Shown here one piece after another: positions 50,507 through 60,614 of a stretch of DNA of 64,000 bases. The translations under genes were made by a program, and so were the position numbers. The stretch comes from an uncultured bacterium (GTDB taxonomy: Bacteria > Fidelibacterota > UBA2242), in NCBI GenBank assembly GCA_964441235.1, contig CAYTUQ010000010.1:11549-75548 (forward strand). The letters run 5' to 3'. The first letter of the stretch is position 1. The number at the start of each line of letters is the position of its first letter. The notes under the pieces are model-generated. The model saw only the letters and a program-made list of their open reading frames with translations, was not told the origin of the DNA and ran no database searches.

Positions 50507-52255
50507 ATGGTACAAAAACTTAGTAATAAAGATGTTGCAATAATATTGAATGAAATTGGCACATTTTTAGAGCTTAAGGGAGATAATCCATTCAAAATCC
50601 GTGCATATTATAACGGTGCAAGAACAATTAGTAGAATATCGGTAGATTTGAAAAACCTTATAAAATCTGGAGAGCTTGAAAAAATTAAAGGAATTGGACA
50701 AGCATTAACCAAGAAGATAGAAAAATTAGTTACTACTGGCAGTCTCCAATATTACGAGGATTTAAAAGCCAGCATTCCTTCAGGTCTTAGAGATATTTTA
50801 CGGATACCGGGACTTGGGGCTAAGAAAGTTCGCAAGCTCTGGCAAGACCTCGATATAATAACACTTGGCGAACTTGAGTATGCCTGTAATGAAAACCGAC
50901 TTGTTACATTGGAGGGATTTGGTTTAAAAACTCAAGAGAAGGTTCTTGAAGGAATCAATTTTCTTAAAAAATATGCCAATAGATTCCTTCTCAATTATGC
51001 TCTCGATGAAGCGAACAAAATCGTTTCTATTCTTGAATCTCACCCGGAAGTGAAAAGAATCTCGGTAGCTGGCTCAGTGAGGAGAAAAAGAGAAATAATA
51101 AAAAATATTGATATAGTTGCTGATGTTGATTTAAAAGACCGCACCGAAGTTCTTCAATTCCTCTCTGAAAGCACTTATACAGATTCTACACTTTTCTCTA
51201 CAAAAGTTCCCTTAACAGTTAACCAAAATCATACGAGTATCAAATCAGAAATTGGAATGAATGTGGATATTTATTTTGCAAGTAGTGAAGAGTATCCTTT
51301 CATTTTTAGATACTATACCGGAAGCAAAGAGCACAATCAGGTATTACAAAAGTTTGCTGAAGAAGAGGGTTTTATCCTAACCGAAAAAAATCTTTTTCAT
51401 GGTAATGATGAAATTTTATGCTCCTTTGAAGAAGAAATTTATTCCACTCTGGGATTATCTTACATACCACCTGAGCTGAGGGAAAATGGTGATGAAATTG
51501 AACTTGCAGAAAAGAATCAGATTCGGGATTTAATTACCGAAAAAGATTTAAAGGGATGCTTCCACAATCATACGGTTTACAGCGATGGAAGTGCAACAAT
51601 CAGTGAAATGGTAAAAAAATCTCAGGAGTTGGGCTTTGAATATCTTGGTATTTCAGACCACAGTCAGAGCGCTTTCTACGCTAATGGTTTATCTATTGAG
51701 CGAATTCGGGAGCAGTGGCATGAGATTAATGAATTGAATGAAAAACTGGATAATTTTACAATTTTCGAGAGTGTAGAATCCGACATTCTTGTGGATGGAA
51801 GCCTTGACTATCCAGATGATATATTGAAAGAATTCGATTTTGTAGTTGCTTCAGTTCATTCACATTTTAAACTCTCTTTAGAGGAACAGACAGCTCGAAT
51901 TTTAAAGGCAATAAATCATCCTTCAGTAAAGATTTTGGGTCATCCTACCGGTAGACTGCTTCTTTCACGGGATAGTTATAAAGTGGATATGGAGAGACTG
52001 ATTCGTGAAGCTGCGAAATTAAATATTACTATTGAAATTAATTCAAATCCACATAGGCTTGATCTGGATTGGCGCTGGGGGAAACTTGCCAGAGAGGTTA
52101 ATCTGAAAGTTGCAATCAATCCTGATGCTCATAGTTTAAATGGACTTAATGACATTATTTACGGTGTATTTATAGCAAGAAAGGCTGGAATTCCGAAGGA
52201 AAATATTTTAAATACATGGACAGTAGATAAACTTATTGAGTTCTTTAAATCATGA
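50507..52255 (+). CDS. PolX-family DNA polymerase with C-terminal PHP domain
   Basis: HhH motifs, GSVRR, DIDIV, and PHP HNHTVYSDG...DHS. The ATG at 50507 with an agga RBS is preferred over the TTG at 50492. Confidence 0.85.
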   Translation: MVQKLSNKDVAIILNEIGTFLELKGDNPFKIRAYYNGARTISRISVDLKNLIKSGELEKIKGIGQALTKKIEKLVTTGSLQYYEDLKASIPSGLRDILRIPGLGAKKVRKLWQDLDIITLGELEYACNENRLVTLEGFGLKTQEKVLEGINFLKKYANRFLLNYALDEANKIVSILESHPEVKRISVAGSVRRKREIIKNIDIVADVDLKDRTEVLQFLSESTYTDSTLFSTKVPLTVNQNHTSIKSEIGMNVDIYFASSEEYPFIFRYYTGSKEHNQVLQKFAEEEGFILTEKNLFHGNDEILCSFEEEIYSTLGLSYIPPELRENGDEIELAEKNQIRDLITEKDLKGCFHNHTVYSDGSATISEMVKKSQELGFEYLGISDHSQSAFYANGLSIERIREQWHEINELNEKLDNFTIFESVESDILVDGSLDYPDDILKEFDFVVASVHSHFKLSLEEQTARILKAINHPSVKILGHPTGRLLLSRDSYKVDMERLIREAAKLNITIEINSNPHRLDLDWRWGKLAREVNLKVAINPDAHSLNGLNDIIYGVFIARKAGIPKENILNTWTVDKLIEFFKS

Positions 52256-52355
52256 TGGAAATTGTGTAAATTTTATTGGGAAAGTCTTGATTGAAGATTG
52301 ATAAAATGTGAAATTAGCTGAGTAGATGAAATGTAAAAAGTAGAAGAAAACTCTT

Positions 52356-53960
52356 ATGGAAAGTCTATTTGAATTAGAAAAAAGTGACCTACTGACTTTG
52401 AAAGAAGCAAGTTTATGGGCGACAGAATATTTGAAAAAAAATGTCACTGAATCAAATATTTCATATTTAACTAATTATGGTAGAATAAAGAAAATACAAA
52501 AAAATGGTAAAGTCCTAATTAGCAAGTCAGAATTAAGAAGATACTATAATTCGTTTTATGGAAAAAGAGAAATAAATTGGAAAAATCAATTAGGGAATGA
52601 TTTAGATTGGCATTTATCTTTTGATTACCTTAAGGAAGCAGATACAACAAAACATGTGCATAGACTTCACCCATATAAGGGTAAATTTATTCCACAGTTG
52701 GTAGAATATTTTCTTGATGACCATACCGATGAGTTTAAAAAAGAATCGTTTTTTAAAAAAGGCGATATTGTCCTCGATCCATTTTGCGGAAGCGGAACAA
52801 CATTGGTCCAAGCTAATGAATTAGGAATTCATGCATTAGGTATTGATGTTTCTGCTTTTAATGCCCTTATTGCTAATGTGAAGATTGGAAAATATGATTT
52901 TGCCGATTTATATAGTGAAATTAATAAAATTACTAATGCCCTAAAAAAGTTCAACGGAAGAAAAAATATTATTCAGTTTGGAACAGAGCTTGCAGAGGAG
53001 CTTGCTAAATTTAATGATCAATATTTCCCTTCACCTAATTTCAAATATAAGGTAAGAAATAAAGAAATAAATGAGAAAGAATATAGCGATAAAAAAGAAC
53101 ATGAATTTTTACATATATATTTTAATTTAGTCAAGAAATACAATGTTAAATTAAAACAAGAAACTTCCGATAACTTTTTAGATAAATGGTATTTAAAAAC
53201 AGTACGTGATGAGATTGACTTTGTTTTTAGTCTTGTAAAGAAAATTGAGAACATAAATACAAAAAAAGTAATAGGAATAATTCTAAGTAGGACTATTCGT
53301 TCATGTCGAGCTACTACACATGCAGATTTAGCTACTTTAAAGAAGCCAATATCAAAAACTTATTATTGTGCTAAACATGGTAAAATCTGCAAACCTTTGT
53401 TTTCAATGTTACGCTGGTGGGAACGATATAGTAAGGATACTATTGAAAGACTATCAAAATTCAATAATTTAAGGACCGGTACTTTTCAGTATTGTTTGAC
53501 CGGCGATTCAAGAACGATAGATATTTATGAAAAATTAGAAAAGAAAAGTTGTGATTTTGTAAATCTTATAAAGAAGCAGAAAATAAAGGGGATTTTTTCT
53601 AGCCCTCCGTATGTAGGTCTAATTGATTATCACGAGCAACACGCCTATGCCTATGAATTATTTGGGTTCAAAAGAAATGACGATTTAGAAATTGGGCCTC
53701 TATATAAAGGACGAGGTAGAGAAGCTCAGGAATCCTATATTCAAGGAATTTCAAAGGTCTTGAATAAATGCAAAAAATATTTAGTAAGGGACTATAATAT
53801 TCTTCTTGTTGCGAATGATAAATGCAACTTGTACCCAATTATAGCGGAAAAGGCGGGAATGAATATAGTAAATAAATATAAAAGACCTGTCTTGAATAGA
53901 ACAGAGAAAGACAAAGCTGCATATTCGGAGACTATTTTCCATCTAAAGGTAAAGGATTAG
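52356..53960 (+). CDS. DNA methyltransferase (amino-methyltransferase; motif I DPFCGSGTT, motif IV SPPY)
   Basis: HPYKGKFIPQLVEYFL...VLDPFCGSGTT and, ~270 aa later, FSSPPYVGLIDY. Confidence 0.8.
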   Translation: MESLFELEKSDLLTLKEASLWATEYLKKNVTESNISYLTNYGRIKKIQKNGKVLISKSELRRYYNSFYGKREINWKNQLGNDLDWHLSFDYLKEADTTKHVHRLHPYKGKFIPQLVEYFLDDHTDEFKKESFFKKGDIVLDPFCGSGTTLVQANELGIHALGIDVSAFNALIANVKIGKYDFADLYSEINKITNALKKFNGRKNIIQFGTELAEELAKFNDQYFPSPNFKYKVRNKEINEKEYSDKKEHEFLHIYFNLVKKYNVKLKQETSDNFLDKWYLKTVRDEIDFVFSLVKKIENINTKKVIGIILSRTIRSCRATTHADLATLKKPISKTYYCAKHGKICKPLFSMLRWWERYSKDTIERLSKFNNLRTGTFQYCLTGDSRTIDIYEKLEKKSCDFVNLIKKQKIKGIFSSPPYVGLIDYHEQHAYAYELFGFKRNDDLEIGPLYKGRGREAQESYIQGISKVLNKCKKYLVRDYNILLVANDKCNLYPIIAEKAGMNIVNKYKRPVLNRTEKDKAAYSETIFHLKVKD

Positions 53961-53962
53961 TA

Positions 53963-54739
53963 ATGGGACTTTCAAATTTACAATCAACATATATTGAAGA
54001 TGTAATCAAAAATTGTATTCGAGTAAAATTTAAAAAATACAGACCTGAGACTAGTAATATGCCATTTCATTATAGACTTCTTGGTAAGGATAGAATGGCT
54101 TTATACTCATTTATTCATTCTCTTAATACAAGTTTTGGTACTTCGATTTTTGAACCTGTTGCTATTGCACTTACCAAAGAGAAATTTAAAAATGCTGTAA
54201 AGCAAGCTTCTGTAGGACATCAGATTAGTGAAGAAGCACATATAGTTATTCAAAGAATATTAGATGGTTTGACAACTGGCAGAGAAGAGCCTAATAAGAG
54301 AAAAGAAATAGAAATGATTAGAGCGGTTTGTCGTTCGGGAAATATGAATGACGTTAAACCTGTAAAAGCTGATGTATTTTTGGAAGACTATAATGGGAAT
54401 AAATATTTATTTGATATTAAGACTGCAAAACCAAATATTGGAAATTTCAAAGAATTTAAAAGGTCTCTTCTTGAATAGGTTGCGATTGTATTAGCTCAAA
54501 ACCCGGAAACTAAAGTTATGACAGCAATTGCAATTCCGTATAATCCATATGAGCCAAAACCCTATGAAAGGTGGACAGTAAAAGGAATGCTTGATTTAAA
54601 TGAAGAGTTATTTGTCGCTGATGAATTTTGGGATTTTCTCGGTGGTGTTGGTGTATTTAATGAAATATTAGATTGTTTTGAAAGAGCTGGAATTGAGTTA
54701 CGTACAGAAATTGATCAATATTTTAAAAAATTTAGGTAA
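53963..54739 (+). pseudogene. Putative cognate restriction endonuclease interrupted by a single in-frame TAG (amber at 54476-54478)
   Basis: ORFs 53963..54478 and 54518..54739 are in the same frame, separated only by a TAG. It sits immediately 3' of the MTase. I did not recognise the family. Confidence 0.5.
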
Positions 54740-54750
54740 GACAAACAACT

Positions 54751-54939
54751 ATGAACGATAACAATAAAATAATCTATTCTATCAACATTGAAGATGTTCA
54801 AAAGGTAGCGAAACAGGAACTTGATAGAGAGCTGACAGATAAAGAGTTGAAATTAGTCGAGAACAAAATAGGTGATTACATAGACTGGTATGGCGCAATA
54901 GAGCTCTCAATTAATGATGCGATTCTTAATAAAAAATAA
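54751..54939 (+). CDS. Small hypothetical protein (62 aa)
   Basis: ORF only. Confidence 0.3.
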   Translation: MNDNNKIIYSINIEDVQKVAKQELDRELTDKELKLVENKIGDYIDWYGAIELSINDAILNKK

Positions 54940-54974
54940 TGCTGACTATTAAGTAATTATAAGGTATATGTCCA

Positions 54975-55140
54975 GCTAGAAGATATTTGCTCATAATCAT
55001 TTAAATATTTTACATCCTCTTGCCCCAAATATTGCAGTTCCAATTCTCACCATATTAGCGCCTTCTTCTATTGCAACTTTATACTAATTTGTCATTCCCA
55101 TTGACAGTGTTTTCATCTCAACACCTGGTAAGTTAAGAGT
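54975..55140 (-). pseudogene. Decayed duplicate of the yggS 3' end
   Basis: The minus translation [41 protein letters not shown] parallels the C-terminus of the 58387-59082 gene. About 85-90% nt identity, with an internal stop. Confidence 0.6.
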
Positions 55141-55249
55141 TTCAATTTATAAAAATCCTTTTACTTGATTTTTAATTATTTGTTCGATATATTCAAATGT
55201 TCGGTCAGACCGAACATTTGAATATATCGAACATTTTGGAGGAATCTGA

Positions 55250-56314
55250 ATGCAAAAAGAACATATCTTAGATGAGTGTATAGAGCAGCTTCGGCATTTG
55301 CCGCTGGTTAAAGGGGTGAAACAGATTGAAAAAAGTAATGTAAACGGAGAAAGACAATTTGACGTTTTTCTGGATGTTGATACAGAAATGGAGCATTTAC
55401 ATTTTGGTGTTGAAGTAAAAAGTATATTGAAAAGACCTATTCCTGATCACCTGTTTGTTCTAAAAAAGAAGAGTAAAGTGCCGATTCTTCTAATGGCTGA
55501 ATATATAAATGCGTCAATTGCTAACGATTTGAAGAGAAATCAAATATATTTTATTGATTCTCTAGGAAATGCTTATATCCATATCCTGGGGTCAATTTAT
55601 ACGGATATTCAGGGTAAGAAACCGGAAAAGCGAAGAGAAAAGCGGACAACAGCACTGTTTCAGCCTAAAGGCATGCAACTACTTTTTATATTACTTACCG
55701 ATAAAGAGGCTGTAAATGATACTATACGTACCTTAGCTAAGAAAGCAAATATATCCAATGATCGAGCCTTTGCAGTAATGAATGAGCTGAAAGAGAAAGG
55801 ATTTATCTTGGAAACTGGCAAGAGAGAGAACCGACTTATCAATATAAAATCCTTACTTGAGAAGTGGCTGATAAATTATGGTGATCGGCTGAGACCCAAA
55901 CTATTTCTGGGAGCCTACAAAGTGAGTCCAGTATTAATTGACAGTTTAGAAGATGAATTGAATGTTGCCTTTGGTGAACAGGTAAAAACATACGCCTTTG
56001 GGGGTAGTATCGGTGCCGATATTTTAACGGATTATTATCGTGGTTCGAGCGCCGAAATATTTATTAAGCCGGATATATTGGAAAAGGTGAGAATGACTCT
56101 TAAATTGCTTCCTGCCCGGGAGACTAACCTGACCTTATTTAATCTTTTTTCCCCTAAATTGATTTACGGTAAAGTAAAAATAAATTACCCTGTCGTTCAT
56201 CCTTTATTTATTTATGCTGAACTTTTATACAACGGTGGCGGTAGGGAGATAAATACTGCTAAACGTATATACAACGAATATCTAAAGCAGGATTTTGATG
56301 GATCTGAAGCCTGA
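55250..56314 (+). CDS. Hypothetical protein: N-terminal PD-(D/E)xK-like motif and a central winged-helix
   Basis: FDVFLDVD...GVEVKS fits D-x(n)-ExK. The central ...DTIRTLAKKANISNDRAFAVMNELKEKGFI is wHTH-like. It overlaps the next gene by 20 nt. Confidence 0.45.
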   Translation: MQKEHILDECIEQLRHLPLVKGVKQIEKSNVNGERQFDVFLDVDTEMEHLHFGVEVKSILKRPIPDHLFVLKKKSKVPILLMAEYINASIANDLKRNQIYFIDSLGNAYIHILGSIYTDIQGKKPEKRREKRTTALFQPKGMQLLFILLTDKEAVNDTIRTLAKKANISNDRAFAVMNELKEKGFILETGKRENRLINIKSLLEKWLINYGDRLRPKLFLGAYKVSPVLIDSLEDELNVAFGEQVKTYAFGGSIGADILTDYYRGSSAEIFIKPDILEKVRMTLKLLPARETNLTLFNLFSPKLIYGKVKINYPVVHPLFIYAELLYNGGGREINTAKRIYNEYLKQDFDGSEA

Positions 56315-57101
56315 AATTGGTCAAGTGATTAAAATCTTAGATGATTACTTTAAGAAAAATAACATCTCTTTTGTGCTTATCGGGGCATTAGTTCCGTTAT
56401 TCATGATAGATTTTAAAGAGAAGAATGGTGTTGGCTATGGTATTAGACCTACGTACGATATTGACTACTCTGCTCTGGTAAATAGTTGGAGCGAATATAG
56501 GCGTATTAAACAGGAATTGATTGCAAGAGGTTTTAAGGCAAAGAAAAGTGAGCCGGAGCATCGTTTATTTTTTAATGATGTAGCAGTTGATATAATCCCA
56601 TATGGGGATAATTTGCTTGAACATAATATACTGGTTTGGCCTAAATCTGGACATCAAATGAATATGGTAGGCTTTGATATCGTTTTCCAGCATGCTCAGC
56701 AACTGAAAGTCAGCGAAACCCTAACAATTTCGACGATTCCTATATTTTTATCTGTTTATACAAAGATGATCGCACTTTTGGATAGGCATTCGCAGAACGA
56801 TTTGATGGATATTTTTTATATGCTCAATCATTATGAAGAAGTAAGTGTAAGCAATCGGCGATTTGATCTATTTGAGATTGAAGGTATCTATTATGAAAAT
56901 AGTGGAGCGTACTTGGTAGGAGTGGATTTGAAGAAGGTGCTTTCACCACAAATGTTCAAGAGTATTCTGGGTTTCTTTAATTTCATCGATGATCCTGATA
57001 ATACTATTTTATACGAAATTGCAAGAAAATCAAATCAGAAGCCCTTAGAACTCATTGACTTAATTATGGCATTCAAGAAAGGTCTTGGTATCGAATTGTG
57101 A
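56295..57101 (+). CDS. Nucleotidyltransferase-fold protein (AbiEii/DUF1814-like?)
   Basis: VLIGALV...(22 aa)...YDIDYS fits the hG[GS]...DhDh pol-beta NTase signature. It is overlap-coupled to the upstream wHTH protein. Confidence 0.4.
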   Translation: MMDLKPEIGQVIKILDDYFKKNNISFVLIGALVPLFMIDFKEKNGVGYGIRPTYDIDYSALVNSWSEYRRIKQELIARGFKAKKSEPEHRLFFNDVAVDIIPYGDNLLEHNILVWPKSGHQMNMVGFDIVFQHAQQLKVSETLTISTIPIFLSVYTKMIALLDRHSQNDLMDIFYMLNHYEEVSVSNRRFDLFEIEGIYYENSGAYLVGVDLKKVLSPQMFKSILGFFNFIDDPDNTILYEIARKSNQKPLELIDLIMAFKKGLGIEL

Positions 57102-57145
57102 CCTATTTTTGTAATACTTCCAGTATTTAAAGAGAAATAAAAACA

Positions 57146-57175
57146 AAATCCTACAGGGAGGATTTATATTTTATA
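57146..57175. terminator. Bidirectional hairpin terminator between convergent genes
   Basis: aaatcct-acaggg-aggattt is a 7-bp stem followed by tatatttt. Confidence 0.45.
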
Positions 57176-58375
57176 AGCATCAATATCCCGCATAAATAGG
57201 CTCAAGATAGTACCTATACCGAAGAGGATGGCGATTAGAACCATATTGAATCCTAATATAAGTATGATTCCCCCAATTTGTCCTATAAGCATTAATACAC
57301 CATTTGACGTTGCCTCAGGCACAGGATAGGTGATTTCAGCGGCGTATGTCAGCCCAATTGGTAATGCGGATACTAATAGAAACCCGTATAAAAATGAGAT
57401 AATGCAGAGAGGAATAAAATAGGGAATGTATGCTAATAGTAATGTTAGAGGCACTCCGGATCCTACAGCAATACTTAAAAAGATACGGCGTTTGTGATAT
57501 TTATCCGAAAGAGCAGATAGAATAACAGCTCCCAATATTCCTCCAAAAACCAGTAATCCTCCGATTATTCCTGAAGCCTGAACCTCAAGAGATGGCGGAA
57601 TATCAATAACACGAGTAGTATCAAACACCAGATCAATTTCAGAGCTAATCGCATTAAAAGCACCTATCCCAAAGAATAATAAAATAAAAAGGAAGATAAA
57701 ATCACGGTTCTTGAAGATATCTTTTAATCCTTCCACCATTAATGTTTTGCTTTTTAACCAATAAGCATTAGGTGCTTCAGCCGGTTTATCTTTGACGAAT
57801 ATTATATATAGAGCCATAAATATCAACGATACAATACCATAGATAAGGAGTGCTGTGTGGATATTATAAGTATCAAAAAGAAATGGAGTTGCTACCATAC
57901 CAATGATTGCGCCGAGTAGTATAGACATGGTTCCTAAACCCGTAGCAAGAGTTTTTTCTTTTTCCGGAAACCAATTTGTAGCCAGTTTCGTAAAGGAGTT
58001 CAAAACGAAGGGCTGACCAATTGCACATCCTGTTTGACAGATGAGGATCAGTGTATAATTTGGAGAAAATGAACGAAGGAGACCAAAAAGCCCGGTGAGA
58101 ATTACACCAATACCTGTACCCCATTTCAGACCGTATTTATCAATACACCAGCATGCCGGGAAATTGACAGGGATATAAGCGATCATAAAAACCATGGCAA
58201 GCATAATTATTGCATTCGTGCTTACTCCATATTGAGTGGCTACTTCAGTTGTAATAGGTGCGAATGTAATCCAGATTATCTGAGTCATAAGTCCTACTAA
58301 CATAAAAAGTACCAGTACAACCCACCTATAAGAAGAAACCTGATAAGAAGATGAATGTTTTTCGGTATTTGTCAT
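57164..58375 (-). CDS. MFS transporter
   Basis: Twelve predicted TM helices and MFS-like loop motifs. Confidence 0.75.
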   Translation of the reverse strand: MTNTEKHSSSYQVSSYRWVVLVLFMLVGLMTQIIWITFAPITTEVATQYGVSTNAIIMLAMVFMIAYIPVNFPACWCIDKYGLKWGTGIGVILTGLFGLLRSFSPNYTLILICQTGCAIGQPFVLNSFTKLATNWFPEKEKTLATGLGTMSILLGAIIGMVATPFLFDTYNIHTALLIYGIVSLIFMALYIIFVKDKPAEAPNAYWLKSKTLMVEGLKDIFKNRDFIFLFILLFFGIGAFNAISSEIDLVFDTTRVIDIPPSLEVQASGIIGGLLVFGGILGAVILSALSDKYHKRRIFLSIAVGSGVPLTLLLAYIPYFIPLCIISFLYGFLLVSALPIGLTYAAEITYPVPEATSNGVLMLIGQIGGIILILGFNMVLIAILFGIGTILSLFMRDIDAYKI

Positions 58376-58386
58376 ATTTTATACTC

Positions 58387-59082
58387 CTATAATTTACATT
58401 TTCTCGGCCCGAATATTGCCGTTCCTATTCTCACCATATTAGCGCCTTCCTCTATGGCAACTTTATATGAATTTGTCATTCCCATTGAAAGAGTTTTCAT
58501 CTCGACACCCGGCAAATTAAGTCCTCTAATTTTTCTGGAAAATCCTCTCACCTTTCGGAAATAAGGCCTACTCTGTTCAGGATCTCCTCCAATCGGTCCG
58601 ATTGTCATCAATCCTTCCAATCTTAGATGTTCAAGTTCCGAAATGCTTTTAGCCAATTTCTCTATGATTTTGTAATCTGGTTTAATACCTGATTTTGAAA
58701 TTTCGCTGCCTATATTTATTTCAATATAAATAGGAATCACTTTTTTCTCGGCATGCTCAACTCTTTTATCGATAGCTTGTGCCATTTCCAAAGAATCAAC
58801 AGTCTGAATAATATCGAAAATTTTTAGTGCTTTATTTATTTTGTTTGTTTGCAGATGACCAATCATGTGCTACCTGACTTTTTCTCTTTCTTTGAACAGA
58901 GTATTGCAGATTTTTTCTCCCTCCTGAACATAATTTTCGCCAATATCTGTAGCACCTGCTTTTATAACCTCTATTACTTCGTTAGTGGTTCTCTGTTTTG
59001 CTGCCACGACAATTGTTACGTATTCAGGGATTGATTCTCTAATTTTTTGATAATTTTCTGTAATAGACATTTTTATCCCCAT
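58387..59082 (-). pseudogene. yggS: YggS-family PLP-binding protein with an in-frame TAG at the conserved Trp (…KEREKVR*HMIGHLQTNK)
   Basis: ORFs 58870..59082 and 58387..58866 are the same frame, separated by one TAG (complement of 58870-58872). The homologous E. coli block is LEWHFIGPLQSNK. Confidence 0.7.
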
Positions 59083-59094
59083 CTTATTGTCAAT

Positions 59095-60027
59095 TTATAT
59101 TTTATAGAATTTTCTTCCCAGATTCCAATATCGTTTTGTACTTACTTTGTTTTCAGCATAAGATTCATGCCATCTTTCAGGAACGGGCATATTTTTATAT
59201 AAACTTTTACGTTGTGCTTCAAGAAGCAATCTCGGCTTTTTCATGAAGTCAGCAGCACATATGATATTCTTTTTTGTCTTATTTGCTAATTCGTCAAGCC
59301 ATTTAAGCCCACTGCAATTTCTCAATAAGTGATGATCGAGAATTAATATATCAACTTGTTGTGAGAGCTTTATAGCTCTGTCCCATGCTGCTTTGACCTG
59401 TTCTTCATTAAGTTGAGATAGATAAATAGGAGGCCCGCTAGCTAACACAATATCAGGGTTCCATGATAATATTTGAGAGATGGATTCGTCGTTGAGGAGT
59501 TGAATATCAGAAGCGTGCACAAATACGTAATCTTCTTCGATTCTGGTCATCATAACTGTATATAAATTGTTGTTTGTTTCTCCATGTGGTACCGGTATGG
59601 AAAAACTCATAGCCCCGGATTCTTTTCCTTCTGCTACAATTAGCTCTTTATTAAGGGTAAATGAAATGGAAATTGCTCTTCTATCTTCAGTTTTGGAGAG
59701 GTTATAAGACTTAGCCCATATTTTAACTTCTGAGTTCAATCCTGCTATTTTTTCAATATCCAATTGATAAGGATTTGCGTCAGTTAGAGGTACATGATCA
59801 CCATGAAAATGGCTTATCACTATATCCGTAGCCTCAGACCATCTTTTTATGATATTTTTTTGTATTCTTTCATCTACTGCAACTTGAAAGGGATGGGGAA
59901 GCAATTTACTTCTTTTGTAACCTAAAGCTATTCCGGGATCGATTAAGATATTCTGATTTTTAGTTTTTACAAAACAGCAAAGACCTCGTACGCCTAAAGA
60001 CTCAGTACCTAAAATCTCAATTTCCAT
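59095..60027 (-). CDS. MBL-fold metallo-hydrolase
   Basis: ISHFHGDH motif. Confidence 0.65.
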   Translation of the reverse strand: MEIEILGTESLGVRGLCCFVKTKNQNILIDPGIALGYKRSKLLPHPFQVAVDERIQKNIIKRWSEATDIVISHFHGDHVPLTDANPYQLDIEKIAGLNSEVKIWAKSYNLSKTEDRRAISISFTLNKELIVAEGKESGAMSFSIPVPHGETNNNLYTVMMTRIEEDYVFVHASDIQLLNDESISQILSWNPDIVLASGPPIYLSQLNEEQVKAAWDRAIKLSQQVDILILDHHLLRNCSGLKWLDELANKTKKNIICAADFMKKPRLLLEAQRKSLYKNMPVPERWHESYAENKVSTKRYWNLGRKFYKI

Positions 60028-60614
60028 GACGAAATTTACAGTAATAATTTGTTATTCATAAAAATATTAATTGTTTAATTGTAGAACTGTTTTTTCCCTA
60101 ATCAAACAACTTAAGTTAAGTTCGCCTCGATGATTTTACTCAAGTTTCGATTAATTCATCTTGATGAAGTCTCGATGTAATATAGAGTTTTACATCAGAG
60201 AGCGGACTTAACTCAAGTTTTTATCCACTACTGTATTAACTTTCTAAAGGCTTAACCCTGGATCATCTTCCGTAAAATGAAATATTTCTGTTTCAGCCTC
60301 CCGAAGGTCTTTTCTTTCTTCCAATAAAACTGAGATGTTATATATAGTGTTTTTCAGTTGCGTCAGGAGCTTACTCCCAACACAATAAATAACATAATCT
60401 CCAGCTATCTGTAAGATTCCATTAGCAAAGTCGTACCCTTCTTATTAGATGGGGATTTTTTTTTCAAAGGAGTGACAAAAGAGGGTTTTAAAAATTATTA
60501 GACGAAAACTGAGATATTACCTTTATTGTTCTATTTCTTTTCTCTAATAAAGGGGCTAAATTTTGGACGTTTTCTGCGGCTAAAGGAATTATTAGTAATA
60601 AAAAAGAGACTATA

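Noticed and set aside
53963-59082. Possibility that TAG is a sense codon (alternative genetic code), given two in-frame TAGs in otherwise intact genes
   Set aside because: Many well-supported genes here terminate with TAG, including the overlapped ABC gene pair at 7383-7390. The yggS TAG sits at a TGG (Trp) position, which fits a simple nonsense mutation.
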